Assembly: GCA_013265495.1 (NCBI GenBank)
Contig: MU061579.1
Span: 3,531,319-3,595,318 of the forward strand
Length of the DNA: 64,000 nt
From: Vicugna vicugna
Taxonomy: Eukaryota
Direction: 5' to 3'
In this document: positions 1-13,800 of the stretch, one piece after another
Layout: every line of letters begins with the position of its first letter
How positions within the stretch are numbered: the stretch's first letter is position 1
The notes under the pieces: model-generated
Database searches by the model: none
What the model was told of the DNA's origin: nothing
The model's input: the letters and a program-made list of their open reading frames with translations, nothing else
Position numbers and translations under genes: made by a program

Positions 1-1947
1 TCACTCCATGGGTAAATAAATGTAGTAATGTTTTTGTGTTACGTTTCCAGATACACACACATCTCCCTTCTTCACTCTTTTAAGAAAATGTTACCATTGT
101 GTACACATTGTTTCTCATATTGAAATTTTTCCTTTAACAAAAATATTGTCTTTCAATTCCTTTACATGAATAAGTTTTGTTCCATTGCATTATTTTTTAT
201 TTTGTTAAATCTGCCAACCGTCAAGGATCATTTAGGTTTGTTTTATCCCTGGTCATTTATTATTACAATCAATTTTATACAATGTAACCTGGCATAAATA
301 TACCTAATCAAGTATTTCTGACTTGAAAAGTGAAATTTCTGAATTAAAAAGGCAAAGCATAAATGTAATTCTAATTTTGGTAGATATTAACAAATTGACT
401 TTCATGAAGTTGTACCAATCCACATAGGCAAAAAATGGCATTTTGTTTTCATATTAGTATTTTCATAACAGTAATTCCTTTCTCATTTTTAATAACAACT
501 GGATAGTAGCTTTTGTACAATGTTAAATGACAATAACAACATGAGTATTCTCATCACTTTGCTTATTTAATGGGAATGTCTCTATTTTCCCCAAACGGAG
601 CCAGTACTGGTTTTGAAAATGATTTTTTTTTATTTTTTGGTTAGAAAATACCCCATATATACATATGTAGTTCTTGAAAATGATGTTTTAATAAATGCAC
701 TTTCAGCTTTTCTGAAACTGGAAATATTATTTTTTTCTTAAATTAACAAGGTAAATTACCGTGATAGATTTCCTAATATTGCACTATCCTTGCATTCCTG
801 GATTAAATAAAACTATCCCTTTTCCCCAAAACAAGATGAAGACACAAAAATATTAAAAATAAAACTTCTTTCTTCTAGGATAATGAGGTTGTCTGGCTTT
901 ATTGTGTGCAGAATATATTTCAGTAAAATACATTTTGCTATGGTTTTAGAATTATAAAATTGATGCTACATTACATGTTTCATAGGTGTAAATAACACTA
1001 AAATTACAAACAGGCATTTTAAAGTTATCTTCTGCATTACTTGATGATTTTAGTTTACTTTTTTCAGTTTTTTTATTATTATAATTACCCAGTTTCATTA
1101 TTTTCATTTTATATCTTCAAGTATAATTTTATTTTTAATCTTATTTTCAAACAATAATATTCACTTTGTTTACCTGTGTCTTAAATAGATCATAGTCACA
1201 TATTGTTCTTTTAATTCAAGTGAATTATTGTAGCAAATATTTTTTGCCCACTGTATTTATTGCTATAAAAAATGACTACTAATTCTATCATACTATATTT
1301 ATTTTACTTTCTGTGTGTATTTTAAAATACCTTTATTATTTCTGCATTTTTGCTTTGAGTGTGGTAGGTTTTTATGTTAGTACATTTTGCTCTAGTAATT
1401 AACTATGTAACCTTATATTTGATACCTCAAATCTTCTACTTAAAGTTTTATTTCCTAATGTAGATGTTTATGTTCCTTCTTCCACCACATCCTTGTTTTC
1501 TCCACTAATTATTTTGCATCAGTTATAATTTCTGTGTTTATATTTTTAAAACAGTATTTTAGATAATTTATTTGCTTGATCAAGGATAATATCCCTCACC
1601 CAATGAGAAGATCAGACAATTTAATTATCTCCCATTTCTTTCCCAATTTCCATTGTAAAAATTAACATATTTTCTTCTAACCAAACATGATTTCCAGAAA
1701 GGGAAAGCAGATATAATTTTTAAAACATCTTCAAAGAAAAATTTTTCAAATGTTTCTTATTACACTGTTGATAAGGAAATCAATTCTGCTAGTAATAAAG
1801 TAATTTTTACATTGTAATTATTTTCACCTGTCAGAGTTTTTGAAGAATATGAAAATTATTGCCAACTTTAATTTTATTTCAAAAAAGTTATTAGAGATTT
1901 AAAAAATTTCAAATTCTGCAATTGTTAACATCATAATGGAAAGATAC

Positions 1948-2464
1948 CATATTTGATTTCTACTGCTGCTGTGACAAATTACTATAAATTTAGGAGCTTT
2001 AAATAACATGTATTTATTATTTTTTGTAAATGAGTTTTGTAGCTGAGAAGTCTGACAGCTAAAGATCCCACTGGGCTAAAAATTAAAATGTCTGAATAGT
2101 TGTAGTCATTTCTGAGGCTCTAGGGGAAATGTTTCCTTGCCTTCACAATTCTAGAGGATTCCCGCTTTCCTTGGCTCATGGCTTCTTCCATCTTCAAAGC
2201 CAACAATGTTGGGCTGAGTCCTCTTCAGCCTTTTCTATGGTTGTCTTCTATTCCCTCTTCCACATTTTATGTATTCGTTGAGCCCAGCCAAATAATCCAG
2301 GATAATCTATTTTAAAGTGAGTTGATCAGCAAACTTAATTCCATCTTCAGACTTAATTCTGCCCCTCTCCTCAACCCCACTTGGCCATGTTGCATAACAT
2401 AGTCATAGGCTCCAAGCATTAAAATGTGGATCTCATTGGAGGAGACTTTATTCTGCCTCCCACA
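1948..2464 (-). mobile_element. MaLR solo LTR, MLT1D-like
   Basis: Reverse-strand MLT1 hallmarks: start ...ctgctgctgtgacaaattactataaattt, internal ttccttggctcatggc and ataatccaggataatct, end ttctgcctcccaca. Confidence 0.8.
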
Positions 2465-3379
2465 CATATCCTCCACTATTCATCATGAAATTCAGTGTTA
2501 GTTGTTTCTCATCAACTGACCAGTGCTGTGGCCAAATACAAATGATTTAATCTTTCTGAAATATTGTTCCTTATGGAGAAAATGAATGTTTTTTTTGATA
2601 AACTCAGTCTTCATGTCTTGATATGGGTTTAGTGACTGCATTTTAAAGCTGTTAATTTAAGCATTACATATAATTTTATATTTGAAAATTTTATCCTTGT
2701 CAATATCCTACCTCTCAAGCAATTAAAATGCAGTGATGAGCAAAATAATCAGTTTCTTTTAAGTGTTTTACTTGTGGATGAGATAAAAAAGCAGAAGGTC
2801 TAATGTAGATGCTTATGTTCCTTCTTCCAAAAGAAACCAGAATCAGTTTTATTCTTATAACCCTACCTTTCAGCTAAGGAAATAGAAATGTTTGGCAAAA
2901 ATATTCATTGCAGAAAAGTACATAGCTCTTAACAATCAGATTTTTGAAGATCATTCAACAACATCTCATAATTTTCTGAAAATAAAAGATACTAATACTT
3001 TAGTTTCATATTAGTAATTCTGTTTGTTTAAAATGCTTGTAAAACATCATACATGGATTCAAATTAAATATAACTAATTAATCAGCACAATTTTCTCTTG
3101 GGATATCCTATATATAATATTCATATATTTTTTCTTTTAACCTCTTTGTATTTTTTACTTACTACATTGAGATCATATAATTATTGCTTCAATAAAAATA
3201 CTTTAAAGAAATGTGCAGATTTGTAAGATATAAGACAATGCATTTGTTAGGAAGTTAAATTAGTAACATAGTCCCATGGATAGTTAATACCTAACCGAGA
3301 AGCAACTACAGATATTTTTGTTAACACAACATTTTAATCCATCTGTCATTATCCAGAAGTACAAAACCTATAAAACAAC

Positions 3380-4130
3380 CATTTGGATACCTCAGTTTCA
3401 AACCACATTGCACAACTTGATTATTTTGTAACTTCAAACATACCAAGTCTTGACCTCATAAATGTCTCCAGTTCAGTGATCCTTGGAATTTCTCTTATTC
3501 ACCAGCCACTTTCTATCTTCATTTTATTCCCCACAAAGTTTAGGTTCTATGGGCATCATTTCTATAACTTTCCTTCCAATATATTAAATGTCCTTACCCC
3601 TTCAAGTTAAATTTCCATTATGTCCCTCTGGCTAAAACTCATTCCTGATTGAGTTAACCACTGACATTTCACAGCTCTATCACACGTCCTAAATACTTCA
3701 ATGAAAAAAAAAAAAAATTGCATGCCTATTTATGTTAACAACACTATATTTTCAGGACCATTGGCTATAGTTCTAACTTGCAAATCTGTAAACCAATGAA
3801 ACAATGTTTTTCTACAAGACACTTCTATTTTTTTTTTCATGAACATAGTTGGAAGTATTATCCACTTTCTTCAAATTTCCAGTTGTGTCCTTGACTACCA
3901 CCTTACACTTAATTATCTGACCTCTTACTTGCTGGATAACATAGAAGCCATAATGAAGACAACACCACCACCACTCTATATTGATGTTTTCCTTCATCCA
4001 CCAACAGATATAGGTATCTACAGCCACACCCAAGCACATCACATCTTTCAGAATTGTGTTGAAATATCTTTTCTTCAGGGGTCTCTTTTCAATTCTCTCC
4101 CACTTTGAGCTCATATTTCTTTTAATTCTT
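3380..4130 (+). mobile_element. L2 LINE fragments (degraded)
   Basis: Pyrimidine-rich, L2-like segments such as cttgactacca...ctgacctcttacttg and cccaagcacatcac...ttttcttcagg; boundaries approximate. Confidence 0.5.
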
Positions 4131-4169
4131 TAGTATAATTAGTTTTGCATTTTTTGGTTAGAATACAAG

Positions 4170-4870
4170 TATTTGTGTCTGTTCACTCTGGCTTTGAGCT
4201 TTACATAATAAAAAGTATCCAAATGTACAAAACGCAGAGAAAGCAACATATGCCATGTTCCCATCACCCACCATCAATGATGATACACATTCTATTGTAC
4301 TTGTTTCATCCATCCTCCCCATTTTACTGCAGTGTTTTAAAGCAGTTCCAGGGTATCATATTATCTCATCATCAAATACTCCAATGCACATCTAGTAATA
4401 GAGTTTTTCATAACCACAATACCATTATCATACTTAACACAATTAACAAAAATATTTGAATATCATCTAACATCCAGCCAATTTTCCATAATTGTATTAT
4501 AAAATTAGTTAACTTACATTCAAATCAGGATCTAATCAAAGCACACTTATTCTATTTGGTTGTTATATCTTTTGTATCTCTTTTTATCTAGAACATTTCT
4601 GTCCCCTCTGCCATCTTTTTTTTTCCCCACAGGCATTAGCTTTTGAAAAAATGAGGTCAGTTTTCCTAAAATGTCTGGTATTCTGCATTTGACTGATTAC
4701 TTTTTTGAGGTATGGCATTTATTGTTTATATTTTCTCCATATTTTCTTTAAACTGGAAGGGAAAAGCATTGTTTGAATTTAGATCCAATTTTGGAAGCTA
4801 AAGTATTTCACGGGTAGGCTGTGTATTCATTTATTCACATTGCTTTACAGCATCATAAGGCACGTATCCC
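4170..4870 (-). mobile_element. L1MC-type 3' end (L1MC4/5-like)
   Basis: Motifs cataaccacaataccattatcatacttaacacaattaacaa and ttcaaatcaggatctaatcaaag are typical of the reverse L1MC 3' UTR. Confidence 0.7.
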
Positions 4871-5739
4871 TAATACTGTCATTTTTGTCTTTTAAAAATG
4901 GGTTACCTGTGCACATGACTCAAAAATTTTCTGAGTACTATGCCCAAAATGGTGGCATTTCATTGGCTTATGAAATGTAAATAAAATTACTCTCTCAAAA
5001 ATCATACTAAAAATTGGAATAACATGGCTTTTATTAACAGCATCTTAGGTTGTTCAGCCAGATAAATTTGAACTTCCTTTTGTATTATTTCCGTAGTAGG
5101 AGGAGTCCAAGTTGTACACCCACATTTTTTGTTCAACATCATTTTCCTTTGATAAATGATTTTGATTTTTACCAGAAGATTTAGCTATTCTGTATTTAAG
5201 CTGTTGGCTAAATTTTCAAACTAGATTTTAAAATAAAAAATTATGTTTTTTGTTCAAACAACATCCTGCAACAAAATTACTTATTTTGGGGGAAGCATAT
5301 CTTTATCATTTCCTTATTTATGACACAAATAGTTTACATCGTTCAGTCCTGAAAAGACCTCACAATATACGCAATGGCTTTTATCATTTTTCTTTGTAAG
5401 TCTCCTCAAATTCTTAGAATTTGATGTATTTTACGAAAATACGAATGTCGCAGGTAATCGAGATAGTCCCCTTACATTTTTACTATTAACTCCTTCAGAA
5501 CGAAACAGAAACAAAACACTCACCTGTAATCCAGAGAAGTGGGGCTTTTCTTTACATTTTTCTTTGTCCTAATTTGTAGGGAAATCGAACTTCAGCTTCC
5601 AGTCACTAACAACAACAACAACAAAAAGATAATGAAGCATTATGTACAGCTGCTAAGTGATTTCAATACATATTCTAAGAGTATTCAACCTCATCACCCT
5701 TTCATTCCAAATGCTCTTTTAAAACCATGCATGCTCTGT

Positions 5740-5910
5740 CACAGCTGAAGAAGATTTTAGAGATTTTCCACTCAAACCTCATCATTATACAGATGAGAAA
5801 AATGTGGCCAAGAGCAGGTGGGTGGATTTTCTGAAGAGTTAAATGCTAATTACAGGCACAGCTGGTACTAGAGTAAGTGTCTCCTAGTGGTCAATATACT
5901 ACTTTCCCAA
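5740..5910 (-). mobile_element. MIR-family SINE fragment
   Basis: CORE-like ctcatcattatacagatgagaaaaatgtggccaagag. Confidence 0.65.
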
Positions 5911-6811
5911 TTACTTACATTCTTTGCTGCTTTCATTCCTATGTGCTTTGTAGTTATTAGAACTAAGATGTAGATGATTGAATCAAATTGTCTTGAACAT
6001 AAAAGAAAGTCAATAGTGGTTAGTAAATTAATTTGTTTCAGCTATTTAGTAGGTAAAAAACATAACTATACTTAAGTACCTTCCAAAGAGTGTATTCCTT
6101 TGAGAGTTCTATGAAACAGGGTTTTCACAGTGAACTCATCTCCCACTCTTTTAACTGGTAACAGCCTTTAGCTACCAAAGAATTATTAATGCAACAAATG
6201 TAACAATTACTTTTATTTTTTATAAAGTTATTGTATTCATGTTTTTTAACTGTTTTGTATGTTTCTTTCTATCCATTAAGGTATCTCTGTAAATTAAAAC
6301 AAAAATATATATAAAGATAAAAATATTGTCCCAAAACTCAAAAATCTAGAAACAAACACTTAATAGATGGTAAATATATACTTGTTATCACCATGTAAAA
6401 CATCAAATTTTATGACTACTTTTATAATGCTCCATTATAACAGTAAGTTTCAACATAAATTTTTCCTAAGCTTATTTTTAATCACTACAAAGTATCCAAT
6501 TTACCCAGCAATTAGAATAAACTTCTCAATCTAAAATGATTATCTTAATTTCTGTCCATGTGAATGGAAATACATTATAAAGTATATGACTAGATAAATC
6601 CTCTTCAAAAGATTTGCCACACTGATTTCCATAAACAATATGACAAATTCTATCCATGGATATAGTGTTAAAAAAAGTGAGAATTTCACTGAACACTAAA
6701 CATTATCATATGTGTTTTTCAAATTTCATGAGCGACAAATGGCAATCTAGTGTTGTTTAATTTATGCTACTTTAGGTATTTTGCTCATTTTTGATTAGTT
6801 TTTTTGTTGTT

Positions 6812-6945
6812 ATTAAAAAAGAATGAAATACTGTCATTTGCAGCAACATGGAAGGATCTAGAGATTATTATATAAGTAAAGTCAGTCAGATAAAGACAAA
6901 TATATGATATCACATGTGGACTCTAAAAAAATGACACAAATTTAC
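6812..6945 (+). mobile_element. L1 fragment (ORF2 end / start of 3' UTR), no poly(A) tail
   Basis: aaaaaagaatgaaatactgtcatttgcagcaacatggaaggatctagagattattatataagtaaagtcagtcaga matches the conserved L1 ORF2 terminus. Confidence 0.85.
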
Positions 6946-7431
6946 ACTCTTAATTATAGTGAGAGTAACAACAGAATATATTTTCACAGTGCTTAATTAT
7001 CGTATAAAATTCTCAAGAGGCCCATTTCAAGTATGCTTCATATTAATCACTTTTTCTATCCCCTCTTATTTTATAATATGGGAAAATGTAAATTGCAAGA
7101 TCAAGATGGCTCAACAGCATTTTTATGTGTATTACAAACTACACCATTTGCAGAGACACAGATTTGTTGCATAATTCAACTTGCAACTGAACCATTAGAT
7201 ATAGTTGTTTAGAATAAAGGGACTAGTGGGTAACTACCAAAATAAATTCATATGCATTGTAGTCTGACACACAAAGTGACAATATTTACCCAATATTTTT
7301 AAACAGTATGGTATACTCTTTTTGCCTAAATAATGTACTACAGAATATATGTGCATGATACAGGCAACATGTATAGGAAACACAGTAGGGGCAGAAATGA
7401 AAACCTGATGACCCAATTTAGCTGCCAACAA

Positions 7432-7856
7432 ATGAGGGTTGCAGGTGCTGGTGGCTGAACAACAGACTCAGGGGAAGTCCAGTGTACACAGGGTTCATTG
7501 GGAATGAACATCTGTGCTAGGGAGGGTAAGGAAGCAGGATTGGGGAGGGTGTGGTCAAGCTGCACAACACATCCCATAATAGCCTCAGCTGATGCCATCT
7601 CCCCCAAAAAACGTGTGGAACTAAATTGCCCCTCAGAATTCTGTTGGATCAAAATAAAAAGGCCTTTGTACCCCTGCTTCAATCATTCCACCCTAAGAAG
7701 GAAAGGTTCTTTGGAGAACTGGCTTTTGGCAATTGAAGGCACTCCTGAAATTGGCTGGTATCTGAAAGCTCTCAGCTCGACAGCATTCTCAGCAGCTCAG
7801 AAAACAAGTGCTACCTAGAAGAGGCATGTGGACGGCACAACTCAACGCCCGGCATA
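7432..7856 (-). mobile_element. ERVL solo LTR, LTR16-like
   Basis: Diagnostic aggaagcaggattgggg, gcctcagctgat, ggcctttgtaccc and cagcagct motifs; the same family occurs at 16.2 kb. Confidence 0.7.
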
Positions 7857-8939
7857 AAGACTCTTCAATGATATAAGAGAAATAATTATATCACAAATAG
7901 GAAAATGGTGGAAAACCAATTGTTACTGAGATGTTTCAAATTCTCCAACTCACTTCCAACAGATGACCTTTTAGATCACAGGTATTTAAAGGAGCCTGGG
8001 GTTATCACTTGTTCCATGACTTTTCTTAACTTTTTCACTTGGTTGCAGTTACGAAATCACTGTGGTTACATGGCATACATATATTGTTAATATACATTGT
8101 ATGAAAACAATAGAAAATAGTGTGAATTCCTGTTTGCCTACTATACAATACTCACATTTGAAATGAGAGAAAACAAATTTACAAAGTTCTTAAACATAAT
8201 AAAATGACACAAATCTTTAGGCCAACCTCTTGGCTGCAAAGTGAGGTCAAAATTGCATCACGTCTTTATTTCAGCAATCGAGTATATGTTGGAATAAAAC
8301 AATAGTTTATATTAGAATGTGATTGTGAAAACATGATTTTTTGCTCTAAATATGTAAGTGCCAAGAAATTTTAGAATTAAAGTTTGAGGTTTAATAAACT
8401 AAATGGTTGTATAAATGTCTGTAAGGAAAAAAATTTCAGATCAAATAGCAACAGATCAGACAGTTATAAAGAGGAAAAAGATATTTTAGGACCTTAAGTA
8501 TCCACAAAAGTAAGCTCAAAAAAATACAATAAAAGGTTCTAAATTGTTTAATAAACCTCCTAAATGCTTCATAAAGTCTATTATCTGGTGTCATGGTTTT
8601 TTTAATCTCAGTAGTAGGGAAAAAAAGCCTGACATCAAAGCCTTATGGTTCTCATTTCCAGTAATAGTTTTAGAAATACTTGAAGAATGTATTGCAGGTG
8701 GAAGGCAATTTTAATTTAAGAAGTGGAAAATACGACTATTTATTAAATGTTAAAGTCTAGGAAAAGATTAGTAATAAATTAAAAATCTGTTTCAGTGATA
8801 TAAAATACCAACTTTTATTTATGATTATGAGCTCTTATTTTAAATATACCCATACAATTTGTTGAAAAAAATTTATTTAAAATAGTTTTAAATGCATTTT
8901 CAATATATTTAGTTGTCACTGTCATTTCACTATATTTTG

Positions 8940-10000
8940 AGAGATGGAGTTTAATCTTCTTTACCTATAATGTGGGCTTGAGTTAGCTCACTTTTAACAT
9001 ACAGACTAAGAAAAGAAAACAATGATATTTTTCACTGCAGAAACTAGCAATCACCATCTTAAAGGAATAAAAGTTAACATTTTCAGTAATGTTATGTAAG
9101 CACTCATACTCCTGTCATGATGTGTTGAAATCAGTTCATCACTTCTCTGGCATTCTTCCCCAGAATCCATAACCTTAGTATAAACATGGAAAATATCAGA
9201 CAAACCTAAGCTGAGTGGCATTCTGCAAAATATTCGACCCTTATTCCTCAAAACTGTCTAATACATAAAAGACAAGGAAAGACTGAGAAACTATCAAAAT
9301 TGGAGAAGACGCCAATGGAGAGTCATGATAAATAAATGCAGTGTGGTACCTACCCTGGACTGGATACTGGAATAGAGTAAACAACATTAGTGGAGATAGT
9401 AATGAAATATGAATGGATTCTGTAGTTAACAGTATTGTAAAGTTAATTTCTTAAGTTTTGATAAATGAACCTGCTGGAGGAGGTCATCCAGGAAGGGCAT
9501 GACCTCTGATTGACCCTAGAGCTGGACGCATATAATCAGATGCTTCTCCCCACGCTCCCCCTGTCCTTGGAATATACGGCTCTGTCCAGTGTTCTTACAT
9601 CAGGAGCTGTTTACGAGGAAACAGCCTTGAGCAAGGTGCTGAGACCATCTGGACAGTGTATGTGACGGAACCCAGGCAAGGCTGCTATATAAACTTTTCA
9701 GATTCTGGCAGGCAGATGCAGAGATCTACGTGTTTTTCAGCTGCCCAAGACAAGCCTTGCATGTTAAATTCTTTTGCTTATTAAACCTGCCACCTAGCAA
9801 TACTGGGCGGCCTGTCTCTTTCTTTGGTCTCTCCTTGCCCTCTGTGTATGAGGGTCAATTTACCAGCCAACAGCACAAGGCCATGTAAGCTATTATCACT
9901 GGGATGTTAGCGCAGGTAAAGGTTACATAGAAGCTCTCTGTACTGCCTTTGCTACCCTTCCATAACCCTCAAATCACTGCAAAATAAAAGTATAAAAAAA
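8940..10000 (+). mobile_element. L1MC3/4-type 3' UTR, split by an LTR at 9472-9872
   Basis: tcagacaaacctaagctgagtggcattctgcaaaata, gacaaggaaagactgagaaact, terminal ctctctgtact...aaaataaaag and an A tail. Confidence 0.8.
9472..9872 (+). mobile_element. Solo LTR (ERV), family not assigned, nested in L1MC
   Basis: TG...CA termini (tgctgg...ccaaca), TATATAAA at 9686-9693, ATTAAA at 9780-9785; the L1 sequence resumes immediately after it. Confidence 0.75.
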
Positions 10001-10210
10001 CTGCACAATTATTAAAGTTATTTCCAATATATTTCAGATCTCATTTATGTTCTTGTTGTTTGACTAATTATGTAGGACAGGATTTATTTTTAAAGTTAAT
10101 AGTGGAATATTCAAATTCCCAAGAGGCGTCCTGTAAAAAATATACTTCCATACTTGTGCCTTGGGACTGCTTTATCCTTTTAGTAGTTCGATAAATGAAA
10201 CTCCCTTTCA

Positions 10211-10258
10211 TTCTCTCCCTCTCTCTCTCTTACACACACATACACACACACACACACA
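10211..10258. repeat. Compound (TC)n/(CA)n microsatellite
   Basis: Seen directly. Confidence 0.9.
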
Positions 10259-10394
10259 TTTATATTGATCTCTATGGTGACTTGATCATACCTAAAATTT
10301 ATATTCATAGTTATAATTGGACAACTTTGTAGAAAATAGCAAGAATTCTGAAGTAAGTTTTGATCATTTTCCACTTAAAACTAGTTTTCATAAG

Positions 10395-10806
10395 AGCAAT
10401 TCCCCGCTGTACTCTCATTATTTTTTCTTACCAAGGGTCCTGGAAGTTTTAACTGGGAACATGGCTATGCAACTAAAGTCTGCATTTGCTAGCTTCTCAT
10501 TCAGCTAGGCATGGCCACAGTATATGCAACTTCTACCTCGTTACTTTTATGGAAAAAGACAAACCTGCATTTTCTGCTCTTTTCTCTCATTCACCAGCAG
10601 GGATATTGAAATTAGGGCTGGACTAGAGACAACTTAGACTCTGAGAAGAACACAGCCAATGGGGGGTGTAAGAAATGATGGATGATAACTGAATACTTAG
10701 ATGCTTTCCCATCCACTCTATGTGATAGGAAATAAATTTCTATCTTATTTGTCATTATAATTTGTGTTATCTCTTTAAATCAGTCTAAGATTATTCTTGT
10801 TAATAG
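10395..10806 (+). mobile_element. MaLR LTR, MLT1I/J-like
   Basis: ctgcatttgctagcttctcattcagctaggcatggcca and the 3' motif gaaataaatttctatcttattt. Confidence 0.6.
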
Positions 10807-13800
10807 GGTCATTTGCTGGTGTGGAAAGTTGAAACAAGTTATGTTTCCACAAATTAAAAGGCACTAAGTTGTACAAGTCAGTGTTATATTGAAACATTCT
10901 TATATATTCACTTAAATGTATACATATGACCACCAAGTCAGTTACAATTATTTTTCCAGTAGTAGATCACTGTTTTAATTTAAATTTGTCATTTTATCGT
11001 CTATAAAATTAGAATGAAAAGGTGGAGGTAGACTGGTACATTTACATAATTTAAATCAGTTTTGTCACACTTGCATAGTATTTAGTGTGAAAATATAGTT
11101 GAGTATCTTTACTGTAATAAAATGCCTTAAAATTTTTTTCCTTTTTTCTTTTGTTTATATGTTTTAATCCTTTAGACTTTATAGAGGTGTGAAGTATAAT
11201 GCTATTTTCATCTAATTATTTCTATGAGATAAATTAGATTTAAGTATAGATAACTACAGACTTGTCACCAGGATTATATTAAATAGAATAAATTAGCATT
11301 AAAGTTTTATCTGAAGCTGTCTGAAATAAAATATAATCACTTTCCCATTTAATAACTTAGGTTTAACTACTGAAATATGCATGTTATATAAATATATTCT
11401 TGACCCTAATTAGTCACCTTTGGATAAAGGGAAATATTAAAAATATGGCTTCACTAATTATAAAAAATTTATTATTTAGATTGTAATAAATATTAGCTGA
11501 AATTTATCAGGTGGTATTTTTTTTTTTTACTTTGTGGAGAAACATTTTTGAGTTGTATTGCTGAAAGTTACTTTTTGTTTTTCTGTTGTCCTAACTTAGT
11601 TAAAGAATTTTACTTTGCAGCTACATAATTACTATCTCTTATTGTAAAATACTAGGCAGCTATCTTTAGTTGTTAGGTGTTTAAATGAGTTTTCAACAAA
11701 CCTCGCCATTTTAAAATTTTGTCAGCCTTAGTCTTTTAAACAAAGTCCACAAAATAAATTAAGTAACAAGTTCTAATAATAAACAAACACTTCAAAATTA
11801 TGCTATCCATAGGATAACTTAGTCTGTTGGATGTTACTAATTAATATTTTGCTGAATTTTGGGGGGGCAACCTAAGATAATTTAAGGTTGGTAGAAAAAT
11901 TATCTTCCATCTTAGTATACAGTATGTTTGGAGGAAGATAAAAACTTAGCAAGTGCTATGTGGACATTGATAGCTTTAAGGAATCAAAGTCCAGATCCTC
12001 AGTTTCCACATGCACTCTTCCCAAAAAGATGTACTGTTTCTGCAAATGCAAATGCTACCCAGGAGCCACTCTGGTTCTTAGGTCCCAACTTTCTTTTCAA
12101 CTTCAGAGAAATGAATGAAAGAAAGAAAAGGAAAAAGACAGAGAAGGAAGGAATGAAAAATTATATGAGATTCCCATGCATTCTAAATCTTATGGTGGCA
12201 AATTTATCCACAGAATGTTCTCTTGGACAATTCAGTTCTCAGTGTAAACAGTCATCTCAATGTCAGTCATGCAACAGCTATCTTTCCCACTTTCCTGTTC
12301 AATTCTGCTGTAGGCTGTACTTGGCATCTGAAACTGGCACTGACCATTTTCAGATGCTTTCCGAATTTTGGTAAGGTCTAGAGTGAGGTAGGAGTGATAC
12401 AACATTTTATGTAATGACTCACTTTTTTATCCTATAGCAATCATAAAAAGTGCATTGCTTCTGAGTGAAAAATCTGCTGAAATTTAAGCATAGTAAAATG
12501 GTGAAAATCAGTGGATCTGGCACTTTTTTCCATCAGGCAACAAATTTTTGGTAAAGCTCTGTGCCTCTATCTATCTATCTATCTCTTATCTATCTGTCAT
12601 TTATCCTAGAAGTAATTGTCTTTTTAAAAATCACAGTAGCTTTTTTAAGAATGTAGTTTCAGGTGGCTCACTCCACTCTAACACGTGTCATACATTACAT
12701 AATCATAATTTTCTTTTTATATGTTGTATATATTCCATACAAATAATATGTAAAATCTCTAATCTAAAAATTTTGATAAAAATATATTTAAAACACATAA
12801 ATACAATGATATTCTCAAAAAATGTTTATTTCAGTATGTATCAAAATTAAGTTTTGTTTTCCAACACTTTTTATATTTTCCAACTATATCAGGTTAAAAA
12901 ATGTATCTCTAAATGCAACAATTAAAATAAAATGTGTGAGTGAAACATTATAATGAATCAAGTGTCAGTAAGATCTTTTTGGAATACTTTCTAGAACTTA
13001 CAAAAATAAACAACGTAATGACTTGACTGTCAATTAATACATAGACTTGGTAGTTTCACTTTTTTTCTCCATATAAAATTGAAGACCTAAATAGAACTGA
13101 CATAAGATTCATAAGTCATTATGAATAATTTTTAATGATTGACCCAAATGTGGTTTTATGTCATATAACTCAATGAAATTCAGAAAAATATGAAATTTGA
13201 CTATTAATACACATTCTATTGTTCCCTAATTATTTACATGAACAAAGTTTCTCAGCACTTACACCTGTGAAGTTAAAAAAACAGGTTTATAATTTAACCT
13301 ACAAACTGTTTCTTTCTGTAATAAGTTGTGGTTATCATATACATCATAATTTTTTAAAAAGCCCTATTCAATTTATTAACAAACATTTCCAAAATTTTAA
13401 TCTTTTGTTTATTAATTGCTCATCAAAATTGGTAACTTTTTAATAATTTTTCAAACAAGGATGTACTGATACTTTTACTAATTAAAACTAAGAATATATT
13501 TTAATCATTACAGCCTTATGATCACAGGAAAAATTTTTAAATAATCACATTATATCATTTTTATATGTAGAGTATAATATGAATTCAATAAAAACTTTCA
13601 TGCTTGAATACACCAGGATGAAAACTTGTGGGAAAAGTGAACTGGAAATAGAATACTACAGAAGTTACTCCTGAAAATCTTTAAAATTTTGGTTGTTAAT
13701 TTTAAAAAATTAAGAAAGGTTCATTTTAAATTTTATTTTAAATTTATTTTAGGATGCATTTAAAATTTATTTTAGGATAGCATAAACTGAAATTTGAAAA

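Noticed and set aside
11928..12374. Longest ORF (148 aa)
   Set aside because: TTG start, runs through a GA-rich low-complexity tract, no recognisable domain and no convincing splice context.
13722..13785. Short 23-bp-period tandem repeat (aatttattttaggat x2)
   Set aside because: Ordinary slippage duplication in AT-rich sequence.
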